A stretch of DNA of 64,000 bases from Paramoeba atlantica (Eukaryota > Protista > Discosea): the NCBI GenBank assembly GCA_977017575.1, contig CDRNVI010000193.1, positions 4,323-68,322 on the forward strand, in the 5' to 3' direction. Both the position numbers and the translations under genes were made by a program. The notes beneath the pieces were generated by a model, which did not search any database, was not told the origin of the DNA, and saw only the letters and a list, made by a program, of their open reading frames with translations. Positions 22,851 through 36,523 of this stretch are shown here, in pieces; position 1 is the first letter of the stretch; every line of letters begins with the position of its first letter.

Positions 22851-24178
22851 CAAGTTTTGTTTGTTCCAAACCTCTCCCATGATCTTCTCTTTGTTTCTTC
22901 AACATGTGATGATTTGGATGTGTTCATGCTTTTTGATTCAGATCAAGTCCTAATTTGTAAAGGAAATATATTTGATTTGGCTGGGATTGAAGTCATTGCA
23001 ACTGGAACATGAAATAATGGCCTCTACTACCTCTTTTACCAACTCCCATCACCTGGTACTGCTCTGCTTGGAAAGAAGAAGCATTGCAACCATGAGCTTC
23101 ATCCCCAACACTGTGAATCTTTCTTGATTTGGCACCTATGGGCTGGACACATTAGTTCAATTAAACAGACTGTTGAGCTTCAAGTTGGTTACAATTTACC
23201 TCGAGTGCTCCACAGAAAGGGATCCATCTTCAATGGTCTGCATGTTCTAAGCACAAACAAAATGCAATTGCTGAGAGATACAACCATACCTCTCAAGAGG
23301 GAATCAGATCCAACCTCCATTCTGGTTGCTGTCCTGACTTCTTCTGGCCTGAAGCAGCTGAATTCTTTGATTTGTGTTACCAATTTACTGTCCATGGTGA
23401 TGCAAAGATCTCACCAATGAAAGCTCTCTTCAAAACCCAACCTGACTGGATGTACTTCAGAGCCTTTGGCTGCTATGCTTTCTCTTTGCTACCTGAGGAA
23501 CAACAGAAGAAATTGAAGCCCAAAGTTTGATTCAGAATTTATGTGTGACCTGCCCCCAATATGGCTGCTTACTGCATGTGGGACCCAATTGCAAAGAAAT
23601 TTTTCGAGTCTGCTAATGTGGTTTTTGACAAGACTGTCTTTGGTGTCCAATCTCTCTACCAGAAGTATATTGGTGGATCTTCTATTCCTCCTATTGATCT
23701 TTTCGGACCGCAACCATCTTCTGAACCTATTTCATTTGAGGAACTTGAGAAAGAGACACCTTGTGAGGAGGAATCCCAAGATGGAGGGGAGGAATTGATC
23801 CATGGCCCTGAAAACTTTGAATATTCAGATGGTTTCTATGAATCTGATGCACATGACTGAGATATTACCCCACCTGTACCCAGTCTGACCCAAACTCCCT
23901 CTGAACCCAGAAGATCTGCTTGAGAAAGGAAGAAGAAACAATGGAATGATTTTGAAATCTCAATGACAGCTGCTCTCATGGCTGAGGAAGACATCTCAAC
24001 TGCATTGACCCTGAAAACTTTCAAAGGTGCTATTGCCTCCTGAGAGAAGCATGAATGGTTTGAATCAATGAAGAGAGAGTGTGATGCCCTCATGAAAAGG
24101 AAAGCTTTTGTCCTTGTCCACAAGAACCAAATCAATTATTCGAATGCAGTAATTTTACTTGGTTTGTGGAAATATTGC

Positions 24179-24598
24179 TTTTTTTTTTTTTGAGGCAGAC
24201 TTTATTCAATTAGTAGTTCTTAATCTAAGCCATTTGAATTACATTAAATTATGTTTGTTTTTAACTTCTAACAAGAGGTGAAGTTTTTAAACTTCAGCTT
24301 AGTTCAGTCGGTCTTTATGCTGAACTTTAGAACTTCTGCAAGTTCAGGCTGGAGAATGCACATCAGAAGGGAGAATAATCCAAAGCTCCTTCCAAGGGAA
24401 TTTATCCTCAACTTTTTAGCAGACAGGGCTGAGATGTAACCTGTTCTGATTTTCACACTTCTTCAAGAGCTCCTCACTCCAATCAAATCACTCTACAGCA
24501 CCAGAAAAATTTTCTATAATCTCAAAAAACTAGGATTTGAACTTGCCCCTCCAGGGTTGGACATAGTCGAATTTACAACTAAACTATGGGCACCAACC
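24179..24598 (-). mobile_element. SINE-1, full-length copy in copia-1 RT
   Basis: Head GGTTGGTGCCC...TAGTTTAG (A-box-like) and AGTTCAAATCC (B-box-like); AATAAA and poly(A). 14-bp TSD tgtgga(a/g)atattgc at 24165-24178 and 24602-24615. Confidence 0.92.
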
Positions 24599-25190
24599 AC
24601 ATGTGGAGATATTGCATCAAAACACAACATGGAAAGGTTACTTCCTTCAAGTCACAATATTGTATCAATGGCTCTTCATTTATTCCAGACTCCATCAATG
24701 AGGTGTATTCCCCTGTTGCCCATTCCTCCACTCTGAGAACCATTCTGTGCTTGGCTGCCCTATTTGGATGTAAGCTCTATGGTGGTGATGTACCCTCAGC
24801 ATATGTTTGTGCTGATGTTGATCCTGACATGAAACCTGTTTATATAAGTTAACCCCCTGGTTTTGTTGAGAAAGGAAATGATTTTGTGTGGCTGATGTTG
24901 AAAGGAATTTATGGATACCCCCCTGCTGGTCAAAACTGGTACAATCATTTGGTTGAGTCCCTATTGGCTTTTGGCTTCATTCGGAACAATGTTGATCCTT
25001 GTCTGTTCATGATTGCTGAATCAAATGGAATTATGTTTTTGGTTGCTATTGTGGATGACTTGACCTGGTTTTCCACCTGCACAAAATTGCACAAGCACTT
25101 TGTGGAATACATGTGTGGAAAATATGATCTAAAATACTTTGACACAGTTGATTGGTTGATTGGAATGCAGATCAAGCAAGATGAGCTCTT

Positions 25191-25933
25191 CAAAAACTAT
25201 GCCTTGAATGAACTACTTTGTGAAATCTGTAAGTTAGCAATGTGCTTTGACAAGATAGAATTAATCCATGTACCCTGAGAACTTAACAAGCGAGCTGATG
25301 CAATTGCAACTGCTGCAAGTTGGTCTAAAGAGGATGGAACATGTGCTGTGAATGATCATCATTGGGATCCAAGATCACAACATGTTGCAGAAACCAGTGA
25401 AGAGTGGATTATTTTGAATTCAACCCTGTGGAACTGGATCAATTCCCCTCTCACCCATGACTGGACTTTCCCCATCCCCCCAGGGAATTTTGTAAGGAAA
25501 TTCCAAGGAAACACAGTGACAACCCTCCATGTTTTGTTTCCAGCCCAAACTGCTCTTGAGAATGCTCTAATCCTCCCTGTAATAATTACTAAAGATATCC
25601 AAGGATGGTTCCATCAGTTCCAAGAAAGCAATCTGGTGAGGAGCTTTATCAAAGAAGATTTTTGAAGGAATGTAATTAACTTCATAGAAACCTCCAAACC
25701 AAATTCACTCCCTGGTTTTAGAAGACAGACAATCAAACGCAGACCCTTTAGTGAGAACTAAAGTTGGTAAAGAAACTCCAATGCATCCTATGCTGAAGAG
25801 ATCCTTGAATCTAACTCTTAACTTATCTCCCCTCCCCCCCCTCTTTTTTCCCCTCTCTTTTCCATCCTAGAGATGGTTTTTAACTCTAATAAATGGCACC
25901 TGGTGTCTGAACCTTTAAAAAAAAAAAAAAAAA
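25191..25933 (+). mobile_element. LINE-B 5'-truncated copy in copia-1 RT
   Basis: Matches 27775-28260 and continues to the 3' UTR and poly(A). TSD atgagctctt at 25181-25190 and 25933-25942. Removal restores IKQDELFQVSLDQSDYV. Confidence 0.92.
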
Positions 25934-28260
25934 TGAGCTCTTTCAAGTTTCTTTGGACCAATCTGATTATGTGAAGTCAATCTGTCAAGAATACAATCAC
26001 CTGGTTCGAATCCACTACAAGACCCCTGCTTCTCCAAAAATAAGATTGTGCCCTGATAGCTATCCCACCAACATCTCCATCCCCATGATCAATGGGAAGT
26101 TCTTGTATGTCTCCAACACCCAACCAGATATCTCATATGCTGTTGGCCAGATCTGCAAGTTCCAAACCTGTCCCTCCAAAGAACTTGAGAATGCTATTTG
26201 TCACCTTATTTCTTATCTGAATGGATGCCCTAATGAGGAAATCAAATTTGTCCACCCTGCTAGTTTTGACCCCAAATTGATGACTGTTGATTTGAGTGTG
26301 TTTTGTGATGCTGCCTTTGCTGATCAATATGACCATCGCTCCACCTACAGCTATTTGGTTTTCTTATGCTCCAATCTGATTTCCTGGTGTTCCAAGACAA
26401 CCCCTTCTGTGAAACTCTCATCAACTGATGCTGAATATTATGTATTAGCTGAGGTCACAAAAGAGATTATGTATCTGAAACAATTGTTGGAGACTCTGGG
26501 TTTGACAGTTAAAACCCCTATTTTAATTTATGAGGACAATCAACAAGCTATTGACATTGCAAACAACCTGATGATCAAGTTGAGAACCAAGCACATTGAT
26601 ATTAAACTGCATTTTATTTGAGAGTTGATTGAAAATAAGACCATTTCTCTTGTTTATCACTATTCCTCTGTACAACATGCAGACATGATGACCAAGCCTC
26701 TTGAGAGAATCCTGCATGAGAGACATACGAATGTTTGTTTTTCCAGATTGCATTGAAGTATTCATTGGATGGAGGGGAGTGTTGGATGCAACTTCTAACC
26801 TTATTAAGATAAATCTGGTTTTATTGAAGTTGTCTGAACATTATTGCATCCTCCTGAAACATTGCAATGCAACCACCTATTCCATTGTCGCTTGTTCGCA
26901 CAACCTTGTTTGTCACAAATAAAGTTTATTCTCATTTTCCTCTCTAAACCCTTGTGCCTTACATCGGTTTTATCATTTTCCCTGTTTCACCTCCAACACT
27001 ATCTAACTCCATGCATGGGATATTTAGTGAGATTCAAACTGATTCCAAAATCTGTTGCCTCCTTGATGTGGAAATCCATCCACTCAGCTCTGGGTGCCTA
27101 TGCCAACACAAAAAGAGGGCTGCCTACAAGAGATAAGTTGGCTTACTTCACAAACCAAAACTCAAGTTGCTGACTCTGCCACTGAGAAAAGGAGTCATGA
27201 ACTCATCTTCTGGAGGAATGTTCTGTGGCTGAGGGCCTCCTCCAAGCAATGGGAAGGAAATGTATTTTGTTGAATATACCCAGCTGGCAAGAAACTAAGA
27301 ATGTGTGTGGCCTTGTCTCAAATTTTCTCACCAGACAAGAAACCTCTGTGGTGAGTGTTGCTCTGTTGAGTTTGTGGCTCACAGTGTGTGCAGAAGGATT
27401 GAAATCACCCCAGTATGCTACTGAAATTTTCGAAAAAATCCTGAGAAAGAACAAAATCCTCCCTTGGCCCCCAAGAACTCAAACAAAGAAAGGAATCAAA
27501 GAGAAGGAAAGTTTTAAATTTAAAGGTTTTCAAGTGTTTTATGATGGTTCAGGCTGTACAGACCCTCATCTGGGGGGTGTGGGCTTTGCAGTTTTCAGGG
27601 AAGGGAAAGAGATATGTGGTGGGTTTGAAACCATCCCTCTTGGGTCCAACAATATTGGTGAATTTACAGACTGTCTGAAAGGAATGTAATGTGCCAGATC
27701 AATGATGAATGAGATTGAAGTTGTTGGGGATTGTATGATTCTCACCAAGGCTGCACCCAAAACCCATGCCATCAAAAACTATGCCTTGAATGAACTACTG
27801 TGTGAAATCCATAAGTTAGCAATGTGCTTTGATGAGATAGAATTCATCCATATACCCTGAGAACTTAACAAGTGAGCTGATGCAATTGCAACTGCTGCAA
27901 GTTGGTCTAAAGAGGATGGAACATGTGCTGTGAATGACCATCATTGGGATCCAAGATCACAACATGTTGCAGAAACCAGTGAAGAGTGGATTATTTTGAA
28001 TTCAACCCTGTGGAACTGGATCAATTCCCCTCTCACCCATGACTAGACTTTCCCCATCCCCCCAGGGAATTTTGTAAAGAAATTCCAAGGAAACATGGTG
28101 ACAACCCCCCATGTTTTGTTTCCAGCCCAAACTGCTCTTGAGAATGCTCTAATCCTCCCTGTAATAATTACTAAAGATATCCAAGGATGGTTCCATCAGT
28201 CCCAAGAGAGCAATCTGGTGAGGAGCTTTATCGAGGAAGATTTTTGAAGGAATGTAATTA

Positions 28261-31200
28261 AGGGAAGAGTATAGCCTCTGGACAGTAGATTTCCTAAGAA
28301 TGTGAGAATTGTGAAGGGATCTTACAAGAGAGTGGATCTTCCACAGTTCTCTGAACAATGCCACCTCAGTGTTTCTTTCTCTCCAGTAGGGAACTAATTC
28401 CCAAGCTGTGGTTTTAAATCTGGTCAAAAACTCGTTGAGATCATCACCCTCAGAGAAGGTACCCATCCTCTCAATAAGAGTGTTGATGAACCCATGGTCA
28501 TTAATCAGATACTCAGGGATGGATTTCTTATTCATCTGAATCTCCCATTTCTTAAACAAGGATCCTCCAATTAGCAGTGCATGATCTTTAAAGCTGGATG
28601 GGATGGCATTGATAAACAAACATTTTAATGGAACCTTGGACGAGAAGAAGATATGGTCAATACACCTCCCTTTATAATGGGTGGGTTCATCCCATTTCAA
28701 GCATGACATACAGAGAGAAGCACAACACTTTTCAATTTCTCCCATCTGTTTTTCCTTCACATCCCAATTGAAATCACTCCCAAAGATACTTATGCTCCTG
28801 GGGTTCTGGCCAAAGAATCAAGTGGCCTCCTGCGAGATGGTGGCTACTTTGAGGTCAGGGTGATGGTATATATTCAGGACAGAATAGTTTGTTGATCCAA
28901 TAGTCACATGAACACCAAATAATCCACTTATGGTTTCTTGAATTAAAATGAAAAGAGGCTAACAACTCCCAGCCATCTTCCAAAGGGTTCTCAATTTTTC
29001 GAAATTTTGAATCCCATTCATGTTCCAGGAAATAACATGTGCATCAGGAAACCTACATTCATCACTCTCACTTAAATTAGCTGAGAACCTATCATGGGGG
29101 TCAACTCCAGGCTCACTCGAAGGACCTGGGGGGAGGCACTCTGACTGGGATACATTAGGCAAGTTTGTTGCTGGGGAAGAAGCTACCTGGGGGCCCACAC
29201 CAAAGCTACTTCTAATATCCACCAATCCCTTTTCCTTTCTCTTCTTATTCTTCTTCTTTTTGAGTTTAGTCATTGTTTGTTTGTTTTTTTTTGTTTTTTG
29301 TGTTTTTGTATTTTTGTGTTTTTGTGTTTTTGTGTTTTTGTGTTTTTTTTTGTTTTTTAAATGACTGACTTTCCTCCCTCACTCTCTTTCCTTGCTTGGG
29401 TTGTTTTGGCAAACTTTTTGTTCATTTTGATCTCCATAGCATCCCCCTCTTCTTCCTCTTCTCCTTCCACTCTCATATCTGACCCTTCAAATGAAAAGGA
29501 AAAGGGAACACCATCTTAGACACCACCACTTCTTTCCTCAGGTTTTTTCATAAGTGGATGAACAACATCCACTCCTTCCTCTTTTGGAAAATTCACTGAC
29601 TTTCTTTCCCCACTCTCCTTTTCTTGTGTGATTCTTCTTTTCTTTTGCAATATTTTTCCTTTTTCCTCTTCACTCTCATTCTTTCCTTTCTCCCACCCTA
29701 CTCTAACATTAATCACCTCTTCTGATCTGCCTTTCTTCCTCTTAGTGCATCTTGTCTTCACAAGGTACTCAACCAAATAGAAAGCTTGATGCTTTAATCT
29801 TCTATTTTCTGGGAAAATTGAGCCATTCTCCAACCCCTCATAAACTCTTCCGAAATCCTCAGTTGCACTTGCCCATTCAATGTTCAGGTTCAATTTCTTT
29901 AACATTGCTTTCACCTCCCTTCTATTGTTGGGTTCCTCCACCAATCCATTTTCAACTGGTAAATCTTCTTTGTTGATGAAGATAGGAGCAGGGCCAGAAA
30001 CAGGTTGGCTTCTTCTGTTCTCCTTCTTCTAGATCACAGAATCAGTACAATTTCTTGACTTGCCCACAGTCTCTTTTGGTTGTGAAGAAGCAGACTTAAA
30101 GAAAGAGATTACTGGGTTGGAACATGTGTTCACTGATGTCCAGGTACCCTTCTTTTTTGGTTGAGCTTGTGATTGCTGGGCTGGCAATATGGGGGGCACT
30201 GAGAATCCACTAACTTGTTTGCTGCTCTCATTTATTGTTTTAATTTTAGAAAAGGTTTTGGTTCCAATGGGAGAAAACGAACTCATCTTAATCAGAGCTG
30301 CAGCATCATGCTTGACTGGACCCACAGAGGAACTCCTTTGGACAGCTGATCCCTTAGTTGTGGAAGAAGGTACTTTGAAGTTATTGGGTACAACTTCATA
30401 GCTCTTCTTCACAGGAGGGGGGCCCTTCGGAGGGGTAGGTTCAACAGGAATAACATTAGGTGAACGAGACACCAACCCTTGGCCACCAAAATTATGCACA
30501 GGTAAATTTGAGCCATCTTTTTTAACACCAATGGGGGAGAGACCTTTAGAAGGCTTAAAAGCTTGTGACTTGGGGGAAGTTTGATCTATTCTCTCAGGGC
30601 CCACCACCATAGGCTCACCAGTATTACTGAAGGGGGTACAAGATGAGGGGACTCCTTCAGGCAAGATGAAATTAAATTGCACACCATCTTTGGCAGCTTG
30701 TTTTCTTATCTTAACTCCTTTGGGGTTGTGGGTGTTGATCAAGTATATTTCCATTCTCACCATATTACCAACTTCACTTGGATCCTTTTTTTGTAAAATT
30801 TCAAATAAACAATCCAAACAAGCAAGATGGTTAATTTGGCAAGTGGGGCATTTCACCACTTTATCAAAGGGCCTTGCTGGGGTCCAAACAGAAACTCGAG
30901 CTTGAGTATTGCTAATCCCCAACCACCCCTTGATGTGAGCAATGAGACAGACAAGGTTAATGGAAATTTGGGTGTAAACCAAAACAATACAATTCTGGAC
31001 TATTTGAACTACTTTCTTCAAGTTATGTCTTGGAAGAGAATTTGGGCCAGCAAAAAGATTCTGAATCCACTCCATGCCCTTGGCTTTAAAGGGAACCCTG
31101 ATTTTGAGCCCCCACAATTTTGTGTCCTTGTTGTTTCTCCAAACAAAGGATTTCTTGAGTTTTTTTGCCAATTCATCACCTTTGTTCAAAAACTCTTTTT

Positions 31201-31735
31201 CTACACTGGCAGCATCCATGTTCTTGAGCACTGAGATCACAAAATGGCCCTACTTGACGTTTACAAAAATCTTCCCTTTAAGAGAAGTCACATTTTCAAT
31301 CACTTTGATAACCTCATTGAAGTTGGGAAGTCCCAGTCTAAAATCCAGTGATTTCACTAACTTTGTTGGTCTCAACTTGGCTCCAACAACAGTTTTTGGG
31401 TTCAGGTGCATGACTAAACCTTGGTATAGTCTGACATTGTTCTGATCAATCTCATGTAACACATTGCTGAGACCTTTGGAGGCTGGAAAGCCTTCCTTGG
31501 TTTCAAGAGGTCTTTTCTTTTTTTCACTTTTTTTTACAATTTGAGCAAATGATTCACTATCTGCTTGTCCTGACCAGGCATTTCTGGCAGGAAATCCCTC
31601 TCCTTCCTTTACACTGGGTAAAGAAGTTTCCATAATATTTTCTGTGGCAACCAGCCACAAGAATACACACTACAACAAAAGATAGGAAATTCAGACAATT
31701 GTATCTTGAACCCCCTATTTTTTTTTTTTTTTTTT
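28261..31735 (-). mobile_element. LINE-A copy: 5' poly(A), ORF1, spacer, APE (internally deleted); 3' part lost
   Basis: High identity to 41711-45375; T18 at 31718-31735 abuts the 5' end; (TGTGTTTT)n spacer at 29274-29356. Confidence 0.95.
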
Positions 31736-34006
31736 CCACCAATTGAGGAAATTAGAATGAATCACAAAATCACAAGAACAAATATTAGTCAAACAGAATG
31801 GAAAAACATAAAGGATTGGTGCAAAAGCAATTAATAATCCAGAATATATTACTTTAAAGCAAAAGAGAGAGACACAAGAGCACAAGATAATCAGAGAACT
31901 TAAGGCATGGACATAAAGAACAAGATAAAAAAATTCAATTCAGAAATTCAAAAATAATACAACTCAGGAAAGGAGAAATCAATTCAACAAAAACAGCAGG
32001 AAAAAGGAAGAAAGGGATTTGTGTTCACTATTGGAGACACAGGTGGTGCATTGAATCCTCAGAAATGCTATGTTCACTCATCATTAAGTGAGGATTGGAA
32101 GGGAGAAAGGATAAGTGTTCAACAAGAATCACTATTGCATAGTTCCTCTGGGTATGCTACATTTACTTATCATTGAGAGAGGAAGGTGTTGAAGATGTTG
32201 AAAAGAAAAATCTTTCAAAGAGAAGCAAAACAAGTCATTATAAGATGAATTGGTGAGATTGAGAGTAGAAAATCAAAATGATTTCAATAGAGACAAAGAA
32301 ATCAAAAGTCCAGTAGAAATTATCAAGGTGTTACAAGCTTCAGAGATGATTGGGAATAGGTAAGAAGGACATTGGACAGAGAGCAACAGGAATGGAGCAC
32401 AACAGCAACAAAAAAGACAAAAAAGATCATTTAGAATAGTGTTGAAAACATAGTTCAGAGACAAAACATTCCAAGTACACATTTTCAAAATTCAGAAAAT
32501 GAATTTTCAAAGATAATTGCACATCATATATGTAAAAACAAATATATTGTTATACAAAAGATAAATGTTGATCAAATCAACAAATGTTACAATTGCATTG
32601 AGATTTGAGAAGAAAGGTGAGAAGAACACAAGCCAAAAGAAGAACATTAAGGAAAAATATCATGAGGCCAGTGAAAATCCATTGTAAGGGTGAGAAAAAC
32701 AAAAACTCAGAGAATTAGAGAAAATAAAACTCAGAACTCCCTTGAAAGAACAAAAATGAAGCAATGGAGTCACAAAAGAACAAAGAGAGGATATAAGAAC
32801 TCCCTTCAAAGGTAATAGATGTTTCAAAAGCAAAGTGATGTTGGAAGGCATTGTTTAAGAGATTGCAAAGACAAAAGCAGTCTTCAAATTGCAGGCAGAA
32901 CAGAAAGAAATGGGATAGCAATCTCCAAAAATAATGATAACATTGAAACAAAGGAAGAAGGAACAATATTCACAATCAACCATAAAACAAGAGAGAATTG
33001 GAGAGCAAGAATTAGATCAAAAGATTAAATTGCACAACAATAATTTGATGAGAATAAACTATGGGGAATAACAAAGGAAATCAAATAATATCAAAATATT
33101 TTTAGGTAAAGTCAAGAAATTAGTCACAAGTCACACAAACACTCTCTTCCAATTTGATATTTTGATCTCATCACAATAAAAACATTTCAAAACAAGAGAG
33201 AGTATTAACCATCAAATTGCAAAACCAAATTGATAGAAGAAATCTAAAATCAATTTATCAAAGACCAAGAAAAGACTTAATTCCAATAAATCAACCAATA
33301 ATTAAAATAGAATGTAAATGGTGCAAGATGTTCAATGGAACTTATTGAAAATAAAGCCATTACAAATCAAATTCAAGAATCAGCATCATTACCAGAGAAT
33401 AAACAAAAACATAAGACTATAATAGAGGAAAATGTAAATTGAGATTTCTCAAAGAGAAAAAAAACTTAGAACAGAGAGTATTGAGGATGAGAAAGAAGCA
33501 TTAGTAATCAAATCAACTTCAAAACAAACAAATCAAATTAAAAAAGTCATAACTTGAGGGAAAGTGCAGTAACCAAAATTAAAACAGCTTCAGGGGTGGT
33601 ACATCTGAAATGACACAAAAACAATTTTTTAATGAAACACCCTTCCAACACCAAAATGGGTTTCAAAATTCAAGTAGAAATATCTGAGAGAGGAATCCAA
33701 GTGAAAATAAAGTCCAGAATTGAAATCACAAAAGGTAAGAGGAAAGTATAAATCTGACAATTTCAAAACAAGAAAGGAAATCAAAAGAATTTCCATCATT
33801 AACCAAAAACAAAAGAACAAAAAAAATCATCCTGAGGCATCAATCCAAGAATAACAAATTCAAAATAACATTGTTACAAGAAAAACAAGGAAATGGAATT
33901 AATTATTTCTTCAATAAAATCAACACAGGGATGAATTCAATTAGAAATAAAAGTTCAAATTCACAGGCAAGGAATTTGAGATAACAAAATGAAAAATTCA
34001 AAGAGG

Positions 34007-34427
34007 TTTTTTTTTCTTTTTGAGGCAGACTTTATTCAATTAGTAGTTCTTAATCTAAGCCATTTGAATTACATTAAATTATGTTTGTTTTTAACCTCTA
34101 ACGAGAGGTGAAGTTTTAAACTTCAGCTTAGTTCAGTCGGTCTTTATGCTGAACTTTAGAACTTCTGCAAGTTCAGGCTGGAGGATGCACATCAGAAGGG
34201 AGAATAATCCAAAGCTCCTTCCAAGGGAATTTATCCTCAACTTTTTAGCAGACAGGGCTGAGATGTAACCTGTTCTGATTTTCACACTTCTTCAAGAGCT
34301 CCTCACTCCAATCAAATCACTCTACAGCACCAGAAAAATTTTCCATAATATCGAAAAACTGGGATTTGAACTCGCCCCCCCGGGGTTGGACATAGTCGAA
34401 TTTACGACTAAACTACGGGCACCAACC
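34007..34427 (-). mobile_element. SINE-1, full-length copy (most CpG-rich, probably youngest)
   Basis: 14-bp TSD aaaattcaaagagg at 33993-34006 and 34430-34443; A/B-box-like motifs; poly(A). Confidence 0.93.
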
Positions 34428-35387
34428 ATAAAATTCAAAGAGGTTAACAATAGAGTACATCTAGATTCAAGAAGTACAAATTCAATCCAGAATTACTTTG
34501 AAGATATCAAGAATTTTTAAAAACATCATCAAGACAGAGGGAAAAATCCAATCAAGCTTCAAGGAAATAAAACAAAATGAGAAATCATCAAACATAAGAA
34601 TAAATCCAGTCAGGCAAATTTACAATCACAAATTTACAATTAGAAGTAGCAGTTGAAGAACAAAAAATCTGAAAATACAAATTCACAAGTCCAAAATGAG
34701 ATAGAAATGAGTATTAAAACTACACAACCATCATTCAATCAATACAAATGATTACAAACATTCATTGAATCAAGAGAAAAAGCTTAATTAGGGCTCAACT
34801 CAAAATCAACAATAAAATAATCATCAAAATGCAGTTTGTAAGTATGAAGCAAACATCAACAAAAACCAATTGAAATAACAGAAGGAATCATGAAAATTTT
34901 CAAATAGAACCAACAATCACAATATCCAACACAAAGAAGAGATTGAGGAACATGAAGAGGCATTGAGAAATGTTGATAAACAAAACTCAAGTCAAGATTA
35001 TATGAGAAAACAGTGCTGTGTAAGCTGAAGTTGTCCAGAATGTTAATTCCAAATGATATGCTGTTCTGAAAGCATAATCAAAGACAAATAACCAAAACAA
35101 ACAATGAACAAAAGAACTGAATTGATTTACCAACAAAAATGAAGCATAGAAATCATCAAGAAATCATTTTGAGCAAATCAAAGGCAGAGAGAATCCATAA
35201 AACAGGAATAGAACCAAAAGAACAGTTGGGCAAAACAAAGAACAAAGTCAAAACAGAGTGTTATGACAGGCAAAGAAAGATATCAACAAATACAAGAATA
35301 ATCTCCAAGAGATGAGAAAAATAACATAAATTTTCCATGACATAAGGAGAAAAACAAAAAACAGGTATGATCAGAACTGTGCTTATC

Positions 35388-35811
35388 TTTTTTTTTTCCT
35401 TTTTGAGGCAGACTTTATTCAATTAGTAGTTTTTAATCTAAGTCATTTGAATTACATTAAATTATATTTGTTTTTAACCTTTAACAAGAGGTGAAGTTTT
35501 AAGCTTCAGCTTCATTCAGTTGATCTTTTATACTGAACTTTAGAACTTCTGCAAGTTTAGGCTGGAGAATGCACATTAGAAGGGAGAATAATCCAAAACT
35601 CCTTTCAAGGGAATTTATCCTCAACTTTTTAGCAGACAGGGCTGAGATGTAACCTGTTCTGATTTTCACATTTCTTCAAGAGCTCTTCACTCCAATCAAA
35701 TCACTCTACAGCACCAGAAAAATTTTCTATAATATCAAAAAACTGAGATTTGAACTCACCTCCCTGGAGTTGAATATAGTTGAATTTACAACTAAACTAC
35801 AGGCACCAACC
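35388..35811 (-). mobile_element. SINE-1, full-length diverged copy
   Basis: 13-bp TSD aactgtgcttatc at 35375-35387 and 35816-35828; many C>T/G>A changes relative to the 34007 copy. Confidence 0.92.
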
Positions 35812-36523
35812 CCAAAACTGTGCTTATCAAAAAACCATGTGCTAGATCAAAGATGGTTGCCAGAAATATAATTCAAAACAGTGCACACCAGTTAAAATCA
35901 TAAGCTGAAAGCTAAAAAGTTGGTGCCTTGTTAGAGCTGATAGAAAGGGGGAAAATAAGTGATAATGGGATCACTAAGGATAGAAGAGGAGGTGCATCTA
36001 CATAAATCAAAAGAAGAAGGATAAAAGAGAATGATCAGCTCCATATTACAAAAACAAACAAAAAAGATATCAATCATCCATGCCAAGAGTGCCAAAAAAA
36101 TTGATAATCAGGATCATCTACAAGAAAGATCTAAAAACCAAAACAGGAAGCTTAATCACAGCTATAAAACCAAAAATGACAAACAAAAATTGTTGTTCAA
36201 AACATAAAATCCAAACAGGAAAAACATTCCACAAAAGAAGGATCAAAAAAAGGAAGGAGGAAGAATGAGAGAAGAGGAAGGGAAAGAAGAGAGAGAGAGA
36301 GAAAAGAGAAGAAGGAAAAGAGAGGGAAGAGAGAGAGTGTCAATCGGGGAGAACAGGGAGAAAGAGATCAGTTGTTTGGCAAAAGAGGGAGTGAGAATGG
36401 CTCCAAATGGAAAACACAAGAGCCAACAGGATCATAACACACCCTCCCCAATTTGGAGCCATTTGAACAATAAGCAGCACTGTTCAAATGAGAACAAAAT
36501 GTAAAAGCAAGGAACAAGACAGA

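Larger units (their letters stand above)
14434..26998 (+). mobile_element. Copia-1: Ty1/copia LTR retrotransposon carrying gypsy-2, SINE-1 and a LINE-B tail
   Basis: 219-bp LTRs at 14434-14652 and 26780-26998 (TGTTGG...CCAACA); TSD ctatc at 14429-14433 and 26999-27003; PPT ggaggggag. Domain order gag (CHWCGVTGHWKDEC), PR, IN (FGCYAF), RT (GDVPSAY, LKGIYG), RNase H (FCDAAFA, SSTDAEY, TKHIDIK). Confidence 0.95.
6214..28260 (+). mobile_element. LINE-B large copy in three pieces (6214-7879, 12669-14433, 26999-28260), host of gypsy-1 and copia-1
   Basis: The frame is restored across the insertions: KRIFVNVI|PSSFKDH and VNTYL|TPCMGYLVRF. APE ILSWNING/GGDFN, RT QGCLISPLLF and GFMDD, RNase H FYDGSG. 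Internal deletion near 27115; 3' end truncated at 28260. Confidence 0.9.
31736..36250 (+). other. Strongly A-skewed, ORF-poor decayed sequence, possibly an old non-LTR element
   Basis: No long ORF. One RT-like remnant, TGGALNPQKCYV at ~32038-32075, resembles the LINE-A motif TRAKLNYNKCFV. Hosts two SINE-1 copies. Confidence 0.3.

Noticed and set aside
34007-34060. Shared 3' tail linking the SINEs to a specific LINE partner
   Set aside because: The SINE tails share only AATAAA and poly(A) with the LINEs and lack the terminal GGCAYC/GRTGTC hairpin.
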